From the NCBI GenBank assembly GCA_050950505.1, contig JBMNHS010000001.1, forward strand, positions 672,001 through 736,000: a DNA stretch of 64,000 nt, in the 5' to 3' direction. Each line of letters opens with the position of its first letter. Positions within the stretch are counted from its first letter, which is position 1. Shown piece by piece: positions 51,937 to 64,000 of this stretch. The stretch comes from Candidatus Methanomethylophilaceae archaeon. Its GTDB lineage: Archaea > Thermoplasmatota > Thermoplasmata > Methanomassiliicoccales > Methanomethylophilaceae. The position numbers and the translations under genes were made by a program. The notes beneath the pieces are model-generated. The model saw nothing but the letters and a program-made list of their open reading frames with translations. It searched no databases and was not told the origin of the DNA.

Positions 51937-52734
51937 TCAAAGCCCCCTTAGATTCAGCATGGCTTCTTCCACTTCCGCTTTTCTTATGACTATGTCCGTA
52001 ATGGCGCGGGTCATTCCCTCCGGGTTTTTGTGCTGGAAGATGTTTCTGCCGATGGAAACCCCTTTTCCGCCCACGTCTATCGAATCCTTGACCATGTTCA
52101 GCATTTCGAAATCCGACGAAACCTTGGGTCCGCCGGCTATGACTACGGGAATCAACGCCCCTTTAACCACGTCCTTGAACGTATCCGGATCTCCGGTGTA
52201 ATTGCATTTTACGATGTCCGCCCCCAGTTCCGCGGCGACTCTCGCACTGTGGGCCACGAGTTCCGGATTGAAGGGATCTGTGATTCCCGGCCCTCTGGCG
52301 TAAGCCATGACCAAAAGGGGGACGCCCCATTCCGCGCAGTCACGGGAAACACACCCCACGTCTCTCAGCATGTCCGGTTCGGTTTCCGCTCCGACATTTA
52401 TGTGCACGGATACGGCGTCAGCCCCCAGTTTCAGAGCTTCCGTCACTTCGGTCACCAGAACTTTGCTGTTGTTGGTGGATCCCATGTCCGTGGACGCGGA
52501 AAGATGAACCATCAGCCCTATGTCGTGACCTCCGGCGCGGTATCCGTGACGGACGATTCCCTTATGCATCAAAACTGCCGTCGCACCTCCGCCGGCTACC
52601 GCATCAACCGTGCGTTTCATGTCGGTCAGACCTTCTACGGGACCGATGGAAACGCCATGGTCAAGAGGAACGATTACGCAATTCCCCGTCCTGCGGTCCG
52701 TGATTCTCTCCATTCTGATATTTTTTCCGAACAT
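51937..52734 (-). CDS. aroA': 2-amino-3,7-dideoxy-D-threo-hept-6-ulosonate (ADH) synthase, class I DhnA-type aldolase
   Basis: [43 protein letters not shown]; next to tyrA. Confidence 0.85.
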   Translation of the reverse strand: MFGKNIRMERITDRRTGNCVIVPLDHGVSIGPVEGLTDMKRTVDAVAGGGATAVLMHKGIVRHGYRAGGHDIGLMVHLSASTDMGSTNNSKVLVTEVTEALKLGADAVSVHINVGAETEPDMLRDVGCVSRDCAEWGVPLLVMAYARGPGITDPFNPELVAHSARVAAELGADIVKCNYTGDPDTFKDVVKGALIPVVIAGGPKVSSDFEMLNMVKDSIDVGGKGVSIGRNIFQHKNPEGMTRAITDIVIRKAEVEEAMLNLRGL

Positions 52735-52813
52735 ATTATCCGTGTCCCGTGCTAACATGTAGCACGATGTATAAAACATTTCTCATGTCGGTATTTTTCT
52801 TGATTGTACGGAA

Positions 52814-54073
52814 TCAGCTCAGAGCGGCGGAGGCCGCTTCCATTGCAGCAATGTCCGAATCCGAATCGGTGATGACCACGGCTATGCCCTTCGCCAACAG
52901 CATCTTTTCAGGCATATGGCCGATTTCCGAAACCGCAACCGCCTTTACGCCGCCGAGCATATCGATGATGGTTCTGATTCTTTTGCTGTGCTCTTCGCCG
53001 GCGACCGGAGTCCCTTTGGGCGATTCCACGTCTTTGATGAATCTCACGGTTTTTCCGTCTGAGGCGTAAACTCTGAAAATCTTGGCATTTCCGAAACCGC
53101 TGTCGGTTTTGGCTCCGTCAGAACTTGCGACCGCAACAAGCATCTCTTCCTCGTCAGGGTGTTCCTCGAAAACGACGTTGGGCCCTCCGGATTTAGATCC
53201 GCAGACGGAACCGCATCCGTCGGAAAGAATGAATTCCGAAGATCTGTCATCGGCCAGCAGACCGATTGCATCTGCACGGCACTGTTTGCAGTGCCTCATC
53301 ATCCTGGCATCCTGTTCGCAGAGATCCATCATAGCCTTTCTCTCTTCAGGGGTCGGAGCCCTGAGATGTTCGAATTTTGTCCCCGCAACGGGAATCAACG
53401 GCAATATGTTGATGATATAAGCGCCTAAATCTTTGACTTTCTTGACGATGTCGGGTATGTGCCCGTCATTGATGTCCGGAATCATCACTATATTGATTTT
53501 CACCAACATCCCGAGCTCTATGCATTTGCGGATGCCTTCCAATTGATTCTCAATAAGTCGTTCTGCCGCCTCTCTTCCCCTCAGTTTTTCTCCGTCCTGA
53601 AGGACCAGACTGTAAATCTTCTCGCCGATTTCGGCATCGACGGAGTTCATGGTGACGGTCATGAACCTGACTCCCAGGTCGTAAAGTTCCTCCGCCCGTT
53701 CCGGGAGGGCCAAACCGTTGGTGGAAAGACAGGCGGTAAGCTCGGGATATTTCCCTTTGATCAGCCTCAGGGTTTCAAATGTCTCTTCGTTTGCCAAAGG
53801 ATCCCCCGGCCCGGCAATTCCCAAAACCTTCAGATAAGGGATTTTTTCCAGAACCATGCCGATTTTGTCCACGGCCTGTTCCGGAGTCAGAACTTTGCTT
53901 GTGACCCCGGGGCGGGATTCATTAACGCAATCATAACGTCTGTTGCAGTAATTGCATTGAATATTGCATTTGGGGGCGACGGGAAGATGCATTCTTGCAA
54001 ATTCATGATGCGCTTCTTCGTTGTAACACGGATGCGTCGCGAGGGCCGCCTTGATTTTTTCTTCCCTGTCCAT
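52814..54073 (-). CDS. nifB: NifB radical-SAM protein with C-terminal NifX-like domain
   Basis: HPC, CNIQCNYC, ESRP, AGPG, TVTMN, CKQCRADAIG; C-terminal VAVAS-DG...FG-A. Confidence 0.92.
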   Translation of the reverse strand: MDREEKIKAALATHPCYNEEAHHEFARMHLPVAPKCNIQCNYCNRRYDCVNESRPGVTSKVLTPEQAVDKIGMVLEKIPYLKVLGIAGPGDPLANEETFETLRLIKGKYPELTACLSTNGLALPERAEELYDLGVRFMTVTMNSVDAEIGEKIYSLVLQDGEKLRGREAAERLIENQLEGIRKCIELGMLVKINIVMIPDINDGHIPDIVKKVKDLGAYIINILPLIPVAGTKFEHLRAPTPEERKAMMDLCEQDARMMRHCKQCRADAIGLLADDRSSEFILSDGCGSVCGSKSGGPNVVFEEHPDEEEMLVAVASSDGAKTDSGFGNAKIFRVYASDGKTVRFIKDVESPKGTPVAGEEHSKRIRTIIDMLGGVKAVAVSEIGHMPEKMLLAKGIAVVITDSDSDIAAMEAASAALS

Positions 54074-54125
54074 GAGCACCCATATCTATCTCTTATTATT
54101 ATATTATAATGAACATAGGAAGCTC

Positions 54126-54512
54126 ATGAAGGAAATCGGATACGTCAAGGCGGTATTGGGCGATGCGAATTCCGGAATTCCTGTGACCCGCCGCACCCTT
54201 ATCGAACATATGGACAGCGGCGATTTTACATACAGAACCCGAAAAGGGGACGAATTTCAGATGAATCGGGAAGAGGTCGAGTCTCTGGCCGGACTCTGCA
54301 CAGAGATGGAAAAGATCCGACTTAGGTTACCGATCATTATCAGTACGGACAAAGATTCCTGGAAAGTCGAAGGAACCGTAGAGACCTCGGTGGTATCCAA
54401 GATGCTGAACAAGAAATCATACAGGGCCGATTTTCTGAGATTTTACAATCCGCATCTTGCCGAACTGCGGAGAAAATACCCCACAACAGTGACAATAGCA
54501 TTCATTCCCTGA
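54126..54512 (+). CDS. DUF61/UPF0216 family protein
   Basis: N---P--RRTL, R-G, LRLPII, LRRKYPT motifs. Confidence 0.7.
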   Translation: MKEIGYVKAVLGDANSGIPVTRRTLIEHMDSGDFTYRTRKGDEFQMNREEVESLAGLCTEMEKIRLRLPIIISTDKDSWKVEGTVETSVVSKMLNKKSYRADFLRFYNPHLAELRRKYPTTVTIAFIP

Positions 54513-54528
54513 TTCAAATTCCCAAACC

Positions 54529-54539
54529 TTAAATATACC
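54529..54539 (+). promoter_or_regulatory. Probable TATA box of the 23S rRNA transcript
   Basis: AAACC-TTAAATA ~310 nt upstream of 23S, followed by a hairpin-rich leader. Confidence 0.5.
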
Positions 54540-54845
54540 TTGAATATAGAGGAGTCTGCTCGATTCTAAAGCATCGAGTGTCCTGTGTTTGACGGTCGTG
54601 GACGGTAACTGTCCCGTCTGTCAAACCTGGATATGAATGGCCGTGCTGGGAGGTATTATATACTTCCTAAGACTACGGACATTTTGCTGCGTTTTTTTGA
54701 AAAACGCGTTCAAGCTAAATGACATGCACCCGGAGAGAGATCCTCTTTTGGGGAAGAGATGTGAGGGTCCCGTAATGGAGGATGAGATCGGATTAACCCT
54801 ATGATCATCGATCATACGCAACCTGGACGTGTGCTAGATCATACG

Positions 54846-57760
<2,915 letters not shown>

Positions 57761-57917
57761 GGTGTGATCTAGCAGTCAAACAGGTTGCGTATGAAAAATT
57801 CTCATCCTCCAAACACCATTTTTATTTATTGTCCGGGTTGTATTATTCTCATCCAGACGTCATTCGTTTTATTTTATCATGTTAAACGTTAAATAGGTCC
57901 ATCAATTTTGATTTTTA

Positions 57918-58550
57918 ATGACTGTACAGCAGATAGGTTCGTTCGTTCCGTATGATTCCAACATGTTCTTGCTGATCGGTGAGAAAACATTGCTCATCGA
58001 CACCGGATCCGGCACGGTATCCGCACCTATTATCGGGCACATCGGCGACATTCTGAACGGCCGTAAATTGGATTCCATTGTACTGACCCATTACCATTAC
58101 GATCACATCGGCGGACTGAAGGATTTCATTCCCGCATTCGGACCGGAGATTTTTGCCGGCTCGGGAGACATAGATAAAATCAGAAAAGGCGGCCATGACG
58201 GTATATTCGGAGTCGACATCCCACCGTGCCCCAACATAAAGGAACTCTCTGAAGGGATGAAAATCGATTTGGGGGAACATCTCCTGGAAGTCATAGAGAC
58301 GCCCGGCCACACCCCGGGCGGCATCTGCCTTTACGATCACAAGACGCGTTCTCTGTTCTCCGGCGACACGGTATTCGCTGACGGAATCGGCAGAACGGAC
58401 TTTGAAGGGGGAGACATGAGACAGCTCAGAGAGTCCCTTCACAAACTGAAAAAATACGATATTCTGAACCTCTATTCCGGCCACGGGCCTGTTATAGAAG
58501 GAAGGGGTAACGATTCTATAATTAGGGGATTGAGATACATAGGTGAGTGA
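57918..58550 (+). CDS. MBL-fold metallo-hydrolase (glyoxalase II-like)
   Basis: IDTG, THYHYDHIGG, TPGHTPG, SGDTVF, GRTD, GHG. Confidence 0.92.
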   Translation: MTVQQIGSFVPYDSNMFLLIGEKTLLIDTGSGTVSAPIIGHIGDILNGRKLDSIVLTHYHYDHIGGLKDFIPAFGPEIFAGSGDIDKIRKGGHDGIFGVDIPPCPNIKELSEGMKIDLGEHLLEVIETPGHTPGGICLYDHKTRSLFSGDTVFADGIGRTDFEGGDMRQLRESLHKLKKYDILNLYSGHGPVIEGRGNDSIIRGLRYIGE

Positions 58551-58551
58551 A

Positions 58552-59184
58552 ATGCAAATACTGAAGTGCAACACAGATATGGATGAGACCACAATGGAGG
58601 CCATTTCCTATGCGGCCGAAGAAATCGCATCAGGAAACCTCGTTGTGTATCCGACGGAAACGGTTTACGGGATCGGAGCGGACGTTTACAATCAAAAGGC
58701 CGTGAAGAAAGTATTCATGGTGAAAAACAGACCCTTCGACATGGCTCTTTCCGTGGCTGTCACCGACAAAAAGATGATTGAGGACATAGCCGAGATAAAC
58801 GAGATTGCGGACAGGCTGATTGATGCCTTCCTTCCCGGCCCGCTCACCATCATCATAAAAAAGAATCCTTTGGTTTCCGATTTGGTCACTTCCGGTTCCC
58901 AAAAGGTGGGCATACGCATGCCAGACAACCCGATTGCCTTGGAACTTGTCAAAAGATGCGGCCCCATCGTGGCCACTTCAGCAAACATTCACTCTCACAA
59001 AGATGCGACATCCGTAGAGATGGCGTACAATGAACTCGGTGACAGCATTTCCACCTACCTCGATTCGGGAAGTTCGAATCTCGGAAAACCCTCGACCATA
59101 GTCTGGCTCAACGGAAACGAAGTAGAAATAATCCGTCAGGGTGCAATTTCCATCAAACAGATTTTGGAGGTCGTCGATTGTTGA
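58552..59184 (+). CDS. sua5: Threonylcarbamoyl-AMP synthase, single-domain TsaC/YrdC type
   Basis: YPTETVYG, K-RP, PGPLT, GIRMP, TSAN, PSTIV, IRQGAI; no C-terminal SUA5 domain. Confidence 0.93.
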   Translation: MQILKCNTDMDETTMEAISYAAEEIASGNLVVYPTETVYGIGADVYNQKAVKKVFMVKNRPFDMALSVAVTDKKMIEDIAEINEIADRLIDAFLPGPLTIIIKKNPLVSDLVTSGSQKVGIRMPDNPIALELVKRCGPIVATSANIHSHKDATSVEMAYNELGDSISTYLDSGSSNLGKPSTIVWLNGNEVEIIRQGAISIKQILEVVDC

Positions 59185-60068
59185 ACGACGATCAACTGTC
59201 CAAGTTGAGAAAAGCAGGCAAGGTTGCGGGCGAGGCCAGGGAAATCGGTTTGTCCATGATTGAACCCGGGGTAAAACTCTTTGACGTCGCCGAAGAAGTC
59301 GAAGCGCACATCCGCGGAAAAGGTTGCGGTCTGGCATTCCCGTGTAACGTCAGCGTGAACGAAATCGCCGCTCATTATACTCCGAGTGTCAACGACAAAA
59401 CCGTAATCAAAACCGGTGACGTAATCAAAGTCGATTGCGGGGCCGAATTGGACGGGTGGGTCGGTGACACCGCAGGCACCGCCGAGGCGGGCACCGGGAA
59501 ATACACGAGACTGATTCAGGCATCCAAACAGGCAAGGGACGCCATCGCTGATTTCGTCGGCGACGGATTTCCTCTGAGCGAAATCGGCGGAATCGTCGAA
59601 GCAAACATCCGACAGTACGGGTTCACTCCCGTACGGAATCTGTGCGGTCACCAAATCACTCAGTACAATCTTCATTCGGGACTGTCCGTTCCCAATTACG
59701 ATGACGGCAGTTCGACCAGAGCCAAAAAAGGGATGATATTGGCGATTGAACCCTTTGCAACCGACGGAAGGGGTGAAGTCGTCAACGGCAGACCGGGAAA
59801 CATTGTCAGAATAATCCGTGAACGTGAAATCGAAGAACCGGACATCAAAGAATTCTTCGACTATGTCAAAGAGGAATTCAAAACATTCCCGTTCTGCGCA
59901 AGGAGCTGTGATTTCCGCGATGCGGAAAAATATGTCAACTATTTGACAAGAAGAGGAATTCTTTCCAGCTATGCTCAGTTGGTTGAAGTGAAAAGAGGCA
60001 TTGTTTCTCAGCACGAACATACTTTTTACGTATCAGGGGACAGGGCAGAAATCCTTACTGAACCGTGA
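59178..60068 (+). CDS. map: Methionine aminopeptidase type II
   Basis: AFPCNVS-NE-AAHYTP, KVD-G, DTA, NL-GH, AIEPFAT, SQHEHT. Confidence 0.96.
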   Translation: MLNDDQLSKLRKAGKVAGEAREIGLSMIEPGVKLFDVAEEVEAHIRGKGCGLAFPCNVSVNEIAAHYTPSVNDKTVIKTGDVIKVDCGAELDGWVGDTAGTAEAGTGKYTRLIQASKQARDAIADFVGDGFPLSEIGGIVEANIRQYGFTPVRNLCGHQITQYNLHSGLSVPNYDDGSSTRAKKGMILAIEPFATDGRGEVVNGRPGNIVRIIREREIEEPDIKEFFDYVKEEFKTFPFCARSCDFRDAEKYVNYLTRRGILSSYAQLVEVKRGIVSQHEHTFYVSGDRAEILTEP

Positions 60069-60104
60069 GGTTTATTTACATCCGTACAGTACCTCACGCA
60101 AACA

Positions 60105-60192
60105 GCCGAAGTTGCCAAGCCAGGTCAAAGGCGGCAGACTCAAGATCTGTTCTCGTAGGAGTTCACCGGTTCGAATCCGGTCTTCGGCACCA
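60105..60192 (+). tRNA. tRNA-Leu(CAA), CCA encoded
   Basis: GCCGAAG/CTTCGGC acceptor, GCAGA-CTCAAGA-TCTGT anticodon arm, long variable arm, GGTTCGAATCC. Confidence 0.96.
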
Positions 60193-60221
60193 TTAATATA
60201 ATTCACTTTGATTCACAGGCC

Positions 60222-60743
60222 ATGGCAGAGCCTCAACAAATAGCGACCGCGTCTGTTCTGACTTTAATTGCCGGCTTAATCGTGTCAATGTTTTCGTTGG
60301 CATTTCCCCTCGTCATGATCGGAAATCTTTCAGTGACTCTGATAGCGGGACTGCTGGTCATGCTGTTCTCCGCAATACTGTTTGTCATGCAGGCTCTTCC
60401 CATGGAAATCACTTTCACTTCCGATAATTCATCCTTCAGGATAAAAGGCCCCTATTACGCCCGCACCATAGATTATTCCGAAGTGTCTTCCGTGGAATGC
60501 AGAAAGTTCCCCTTGGGAACTCCGTTGATGGCTCTGAATTCCGGGGATGGCGTTCTCGGCGGGCAGTTCAAATCTCCGGAGGCGGGAATGTGCCACGCAG
60601 TGGGCCATAATCGGGGGGAGGACACCTGTTACATTGTGATGAAACTCACGGACGGAAAAACCGTCGCATTCAACCTGGAATCCGAAGAGGAAACCGAGAA
60701 AATTTACGGAACGATATGTTCAAAAGCATCCTGTCGTCCCTGA
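60222..60743 (+). CDS. Membrane-anchored bacterial-PH (bPH_5-like) domain protein
   Basis: 2 TM then I-Y-EV-SV, G-F-S---G, K-VAFN-ESEEET. Confidence 0.7.
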   Translation: MAEPQQIATASVLTLIAGLIVSMFSLAFPLVMIGNLSVTLIAGLLVMLFSAILFVMQALPMEITFTSDNSSFRIKGPYYARTIDYSEVSSVECRKFPLGTPLMALNSGDGVLGGQFKSPEAGMCHAVGHNRGEDTCYIVMKLTDGKTVAFNLESEEETEKIYGTICSKASCRP

Positions 60744-60778
60744 AGATATTATTTTATATCACGCACTAATTCAAATCC

Positions 60779-61951
60779 GTGTCCAAAGCTCAGAAACTGA
60801 CGGCATTGGGAATATTGTTGATGTTTATCGAAACGGCGGCGATTCTGATTGTTGCCCTGCTGTCTTTCAGTGAAACATTCATCTGGATACTGATGGTTTC
60901 GATGGTGCCCACAACGGCACTGTTTCTTGTGCCGATGTTTCCGCTGAATCCGGTTTTTACTCCGGAGATATCGTCTTTCCGAATCAAAGGACCGTATCTC
61001 GACAGGACCGTTGAGTATTCGGACATAGTGTCAATGAGATACGACGGCGTCGAACTCGGAATGCGGATGATGGGTATTTACACGGGACGCGGCAGTTTCG
61101 GGGGAACCTTCAGAAACAAAGAGTTCGGCGGTTACGGCATTGTCGGCAAAAACAGAGGTCCTGGCACCAGGTACATAATACTGAAACTGAAAGATGACAA
61201 AGTTGTCGCATTCAACCTCAAAACCGAAGAAGACACGCTACTGGCATTCGAACAGATCAGGGGGTACACAGGGTTGCACGAATCCGCAGATGCCGAGTCC
61301 CGCAAAACCGTAATTCAGAATCCGAAAACCGGGGAACTTTATGAAAAAGCGAAAAAGATCTCCCGAATCACGATGATTCTGTCCGCGGCAATCGGTATTC
61401 TGATTCCTCTGGGAATCCTGATTCTGTACAGAGGCGATGCAATCAGGTCAATATTGGTTCCGACATCGCTCTCGGCCATTGTCCCAATTGCGGCCATTGT
61501 CGTTTACCATAACCGGTTCAAAGAAACGGGGTTGCCGAAATCCGATCGATCGGGTACACTGACGGCACTCGGATCTCAGCTGGCGATTGTTCCCATACTG
61601 TTTGCTGTCATAGGGTTCATAACGGTTCCCGCAATGATAAATGTGGAAATCTCCGAGGATTATTTTTCGGTAAGCTCAACAATGCTGGATGTTAAAATTT
61701 ATTACGAGGACATAACCGAACTTGATACCACCGAAGAGAAATTCAGAAGGGATTGGGGTTACGGCGGATCCAACATAGGCACCGGGAATTTCAGTAATTC
61801 CAACTTCGGAAAAGTGAAGTACGCCGCTTACAACAACGTGCAAACCAAGATTGTCGTGAAACACGAACACGGCACTTTCGTGTTCAACCAAAGCACCGAG
61901 GAATCGACATTGGTCATGCTGAATCTGTTGAAAGATAAAACCGGGTTGTGA
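60779..61951 (+). CDS. Membrane protein with two bPH-like domains
   Basis: N-half paralogous to the upstream gene; C-half I-YEDI, R-WG-G, TGNF-N--FG, VFN. Confidence 0.7.
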   Translation: MSKAQKLTALGILLMFIETAAILIVALLSFSETFIWILMVSMVPTTALFLVPMFPLNPVFTPEISSFRIKGPYLDRTVEYSDIVSMRYDGVELGMRMMGIYTGRGSFGGTFRNKEFGGYGIVGKNRGPGTRYIILKLKDDKVVAFNLKTEEDTLLAFEQIRGYTGLHESADAESRKTVIQNPKTGELYEKAKKISRITMILSAAIGILIPLGILILYRGDAIRSILVPTSLSAIVPIAAIVVYHNRFKETGLPKSDRSGTLTALGSQLAIVPILFAVIGFITVPAMINVEISEDYFSVSSTMLDVKIYYEDITELDTTEEKFRRDWGYGGSNIGTGNFSNSNFGKVKYAAYNNVQTKIVVKHEHGTFVFNQSTEESTLVMLNLLKDKTGL

Positions 61952-61981
61952 TTCCTCTTTATACGCGCGTGTACGCGTTGA

Positions 61982-61989
61982 TTTATATA
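61982..61989 (+). promoter_or_regulatory. TATA box of the rps13 operon
   Basis: TTTATATA ~20 nt upstream of the structured leader. Confidence 0.6.
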
Positions 61990-62008
61990 CAAAGAGTACA
62001 TGGTTCGC

Positions 62009-62105
62009 TTTACGCAAACTCGGGACCCGCACAGCGAATACCGAGAGCTCCGTCATACCATGACCGGGCTTGAACAATCCCGCGAGGGACATTTGCGGAG
62101 GTAAA
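62009..62105 (+). ncRNA. Candidate structured 5' leader (four-way junction) of the rps13-rps4-rps11-rpoD operon
   Basis: Four nested helices readable by eye, one with a GCGA tetraloop; the closing stem overlaps the GGAGG SD. Confidence 0.55.
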
Positions 62106-62109
62106 CAAA

Positions 62110-62577
62110 ATGGTTAGTAAAAAGAACACGAAGGCCGAAGATGAGGATTTCAACTTCATCGTACGCATCGCCAACACCGACATAGACGGTCAGAAGAGGG
62201 CGATCATCGGTCTGCAGGGCATCAAAGGTGTCGGTGCAAGAACCGCACACACAATTGTAAAGAGGGCCAAAGTCGATGAGACGGTAAAATTGGGTTCCCT
62301 CGAAGAAGATAAAATCAAAGAACTCGAAGAGCTCGTGACCACTTTCGTGGAATACGCCCCCAACTGGGCTGTCAACAGGCAGATGGATTATGAAACCGGA
62401 GCCGACATGCACCTCATCGGAATGGATCTGAACATGATTCAGGAAGAGGACGTAAACAGGCTCAAGATGATTCGCAGCTACCGCGGCATCAGACACGAGA
62501 CGTTCAAGAAAGTCAGAGGCCAGAGGACCAGGACCAACGGAAGAAAAGGTCTTACCCTCGGAGTCACCAGAAGGTAA
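62110..62577 (+). CDS. rps13: 30S ribosomal protein S13 (uS13)
   Basis: IVRIANTDIDG, IKGVG, NRQ-DYETG, YRGIRH, VRGQRTR. Confidence 0.98.
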   Translation: MVSKKNTKAEDEDFNFIVRIANTDIDGQKRAIIGLQGIKGVGARTAHTIVKRAKVDETVKLGSLEEDKIKELEELVTTFVEYAPNWAVNRQMDYETGADMHLIGMDLNMIQEEDVNRLKMIRSYRGIRHETFKKVRGQRTRTNGRKGLTLGVTRR

Positions 62578-62586
62578 GGTGTCTGA

Positions 62587-63237
62587 ATGGGAGATCCTAA
62601 ATTTCCGCGCAGATCCTACGACGCACCGTCCCACCCCTGGGAAGGCGAGAGGATAAAATCCGAACAGCTCGTTGTCAACGAGTTCGGTCTCAAGAACAAA
62701 TCCGAAGTATGGAAGGCACAGTCGGTTCTCAGGAACTACAGAAAACAGTCCAGAGAACTTCAGGCCCGCCTCAGGGGAAACGACCCTCAGGCTAAGGTCG
62801 AAGCCGACAACCTTCTTGAAAAGTGCACCCGCATGGGACTTTTGCCCATGGCCGGCGGTGACCTGAACGACATTCTGGTTCTCAGTGAAAGCGACATTCT
62901 TTCCAGGAGACTTCAGACCATCGTTTACGAAAAGGGTTTGGCCAACACGATAAAACAGGCCAGGCAGATGATCAATCACGGTCACATCTTCCTTAACGGC
63001 CACAGGGTAACCGTTCCCGGTTATATCGTTCTCAGGAGCGAAGAACCCACAATTCAATACGCACCCAGCTCGGCGTTCACGGACGACATGCATCCCATGA
63101 GGATGTCCCCTGAAGAACTTGCGGCGAAACTCGAAGCGGATGCCGCAAGAGCCGAGGCAGAGGCAAAGAAGCTGGCGGAAACCGCAAAGAAAGATGCGGA
63201 AGAAGCAGGCATAACACCGGAGGATGGTGAGAACTGA
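62587..63237 (+). CDS. rps4: 30S ribosomal protein S4 (uS4), with Ala/Glu-rich C-terminal tail
   Basis: MGDPKF, P-HPW, FGLKNK-E, RRLQT, QARQ-I-HGH. Confidence 0.98.
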   Translation: MGDPKFPRRSYDAPSHPWEGERIKSEQLVVNEFGLKNKSEVWKAQSVLRNYRKQSRELQARLRGNDPQAKVEADNLLEKCTRMGLLPMAGGDLNDILVLSESDILSRRLQTIVYEKGLANTIKQARQMINHGHIFLNGHRVTVPGYIVLRSEEPTIQYAPSSAFTDDMHPMRMSPEELAAKLEADAARAEAEAKKLAETAKKDAEEAGITPEDGEN

Positions 63238-63623
63238 TGGCAGACAAATGGGCTATAGCCAATATATTCGCCACTTACAACAATATCATGATTACCCTCA
63301 CCGACATCACCGGTGCGGAAACCATCGGTAAGGTTACCGGCGGAATGGTCGTGAAGCAGGCGAAAGATCAGGCTTCTCCCTATGCCGCACAGAGAGCGGC
63401 GGAGAAGATTGCGGAAATTGCAAGGGAAAAGGACGTTGTGGGCATCCACGTCAAAGTACGTGCCCACGGCGGAAACAAAGCCACTTCCCCCGGTCCCGGA
63501 GCACAGGCGGCCATCCGTGCCCTCGCAAGAGCCGGCATAAGAATCGGACGCATCGAAGATGTGACCCCGATACCTCATGACGGTACCAAGAAGAAGGGCG
63601 GACGCAGAGGACGCAGGGTCTGA
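63237..63623 (+). CDS. rps11: 30S ribosomal protein S11 (uS11)
   Basis: [46 protein letters not shown]. Confidence 0.98.
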   Translation: MADKWAIANIFATYNNIMITLTDITGAETIGKVTGGMVVKQAKDQASPYAAQRAAEKIAEIAREKDVVGIHVKVRAHGGNKATSPGPGAQAAIRALARAGIRIGRIEDVTPIPHDGTKKKGGRRGRRV

Positions 63624-63633
63624 GGTCAATCTC

Positions 63634-64000
63634 ATGGAAATAGAAATCATCGAAATGGCCGAGAGGAAGGCCAAGTTCATATTAAAGAACTCCTCGCCCG
63701 CCATGGCAAACGCACTCAGAAGGACCATGATGTCCGACATTCCGAAAATGGCCATTGATACCGTCGAGTTCCACCTCGGAACCATCGAAATCAACGATAA
63801 GGAATACGAGAGTGCCACGCCCCTGTTCGACGAAATCATCGCCCACAGACTGGGAATGATTCCGGTCCCCACGGACCTGGAACTTTTCACTTTCAAAGAC
63901 CAGTGCGTATGTGAGGGTGAGGGATGCCCCAACTGTACTATTATGTACAGCATCAACGAACACGGCCCCGGTACGGTAATGTCCGGAAACATGGTGCCGC
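63634..64000 (+). CDS. rpoD: RNA polymerase subunit Rpo3 (D), partial (runs off window end)
   Basis: Manual translation MEIEII...ANALRRTMMSDIPKMAID...LFDEIIAHRLGMIP...CVCEGEGCPNC. Confidence 0.95.
   Translation, partial: MEIEIIEMAERKAKFILKNSSPAMANALRRTMMSDIPKMAIDTVEFHLGTIEINDKEYESATPLFDEIIAHRLGMIPVPTDLELFTFKDQCVCEGEGCPNCTIMYSINEHGPGTVMSGNMVP

Overview
Core-genome window of a methanogenic archaeon of class Thermoplasmata, most likely order Methanomassiliicoccales. Support: unlinked 16S and 23S genes, an hdrA-mvhDGA cluster, archaeal information genes, and no TAG stop codons. It holds about 60 complete and 2 partial CDS: the proteasome/exosome superoperon, hdrA-mvhDGA, rps12-rps7-EF2-EF1a-rps10, rps13-rps4-rps11-rpoD, split aromatic amino-acid clusters, tyrS, a short alaS, catalase, FprA, a stand-alone nifB, two ABC exporters and four bPH-domain genes. 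It also has 16S and 23S rRNA genes 28 kb apart and four tRNAs (Ser-GCT, Gln-TTG, Ala-TGC, Leu-CAA). Best leads: (1) a four-way-junction RNA leader over the Shine-Dalgarno of the S13-S4-S11-RpoD operon, a candidate archaeal r-leader; (2) a membrane-anchored C4HC3 RING/zinc-ribbon gene coupled to the Pop5-proteasome-exosome operon; (3) a possible membrane-targeting N-terminal extension on MvhG; (4) 16S, tRNA-Ala(UGC) and 23S in canonical order but spread over 32 kb, with a non-canonical 3-3-3 BHB on pre-23S; (5) no amber stops, consistent with pyrrolysine recoding. Frameshifts at 23.6-24.6 kb (rps8e and its neighbour) are probably sequencing errors. Family calls come from motif recognition, not database searches.
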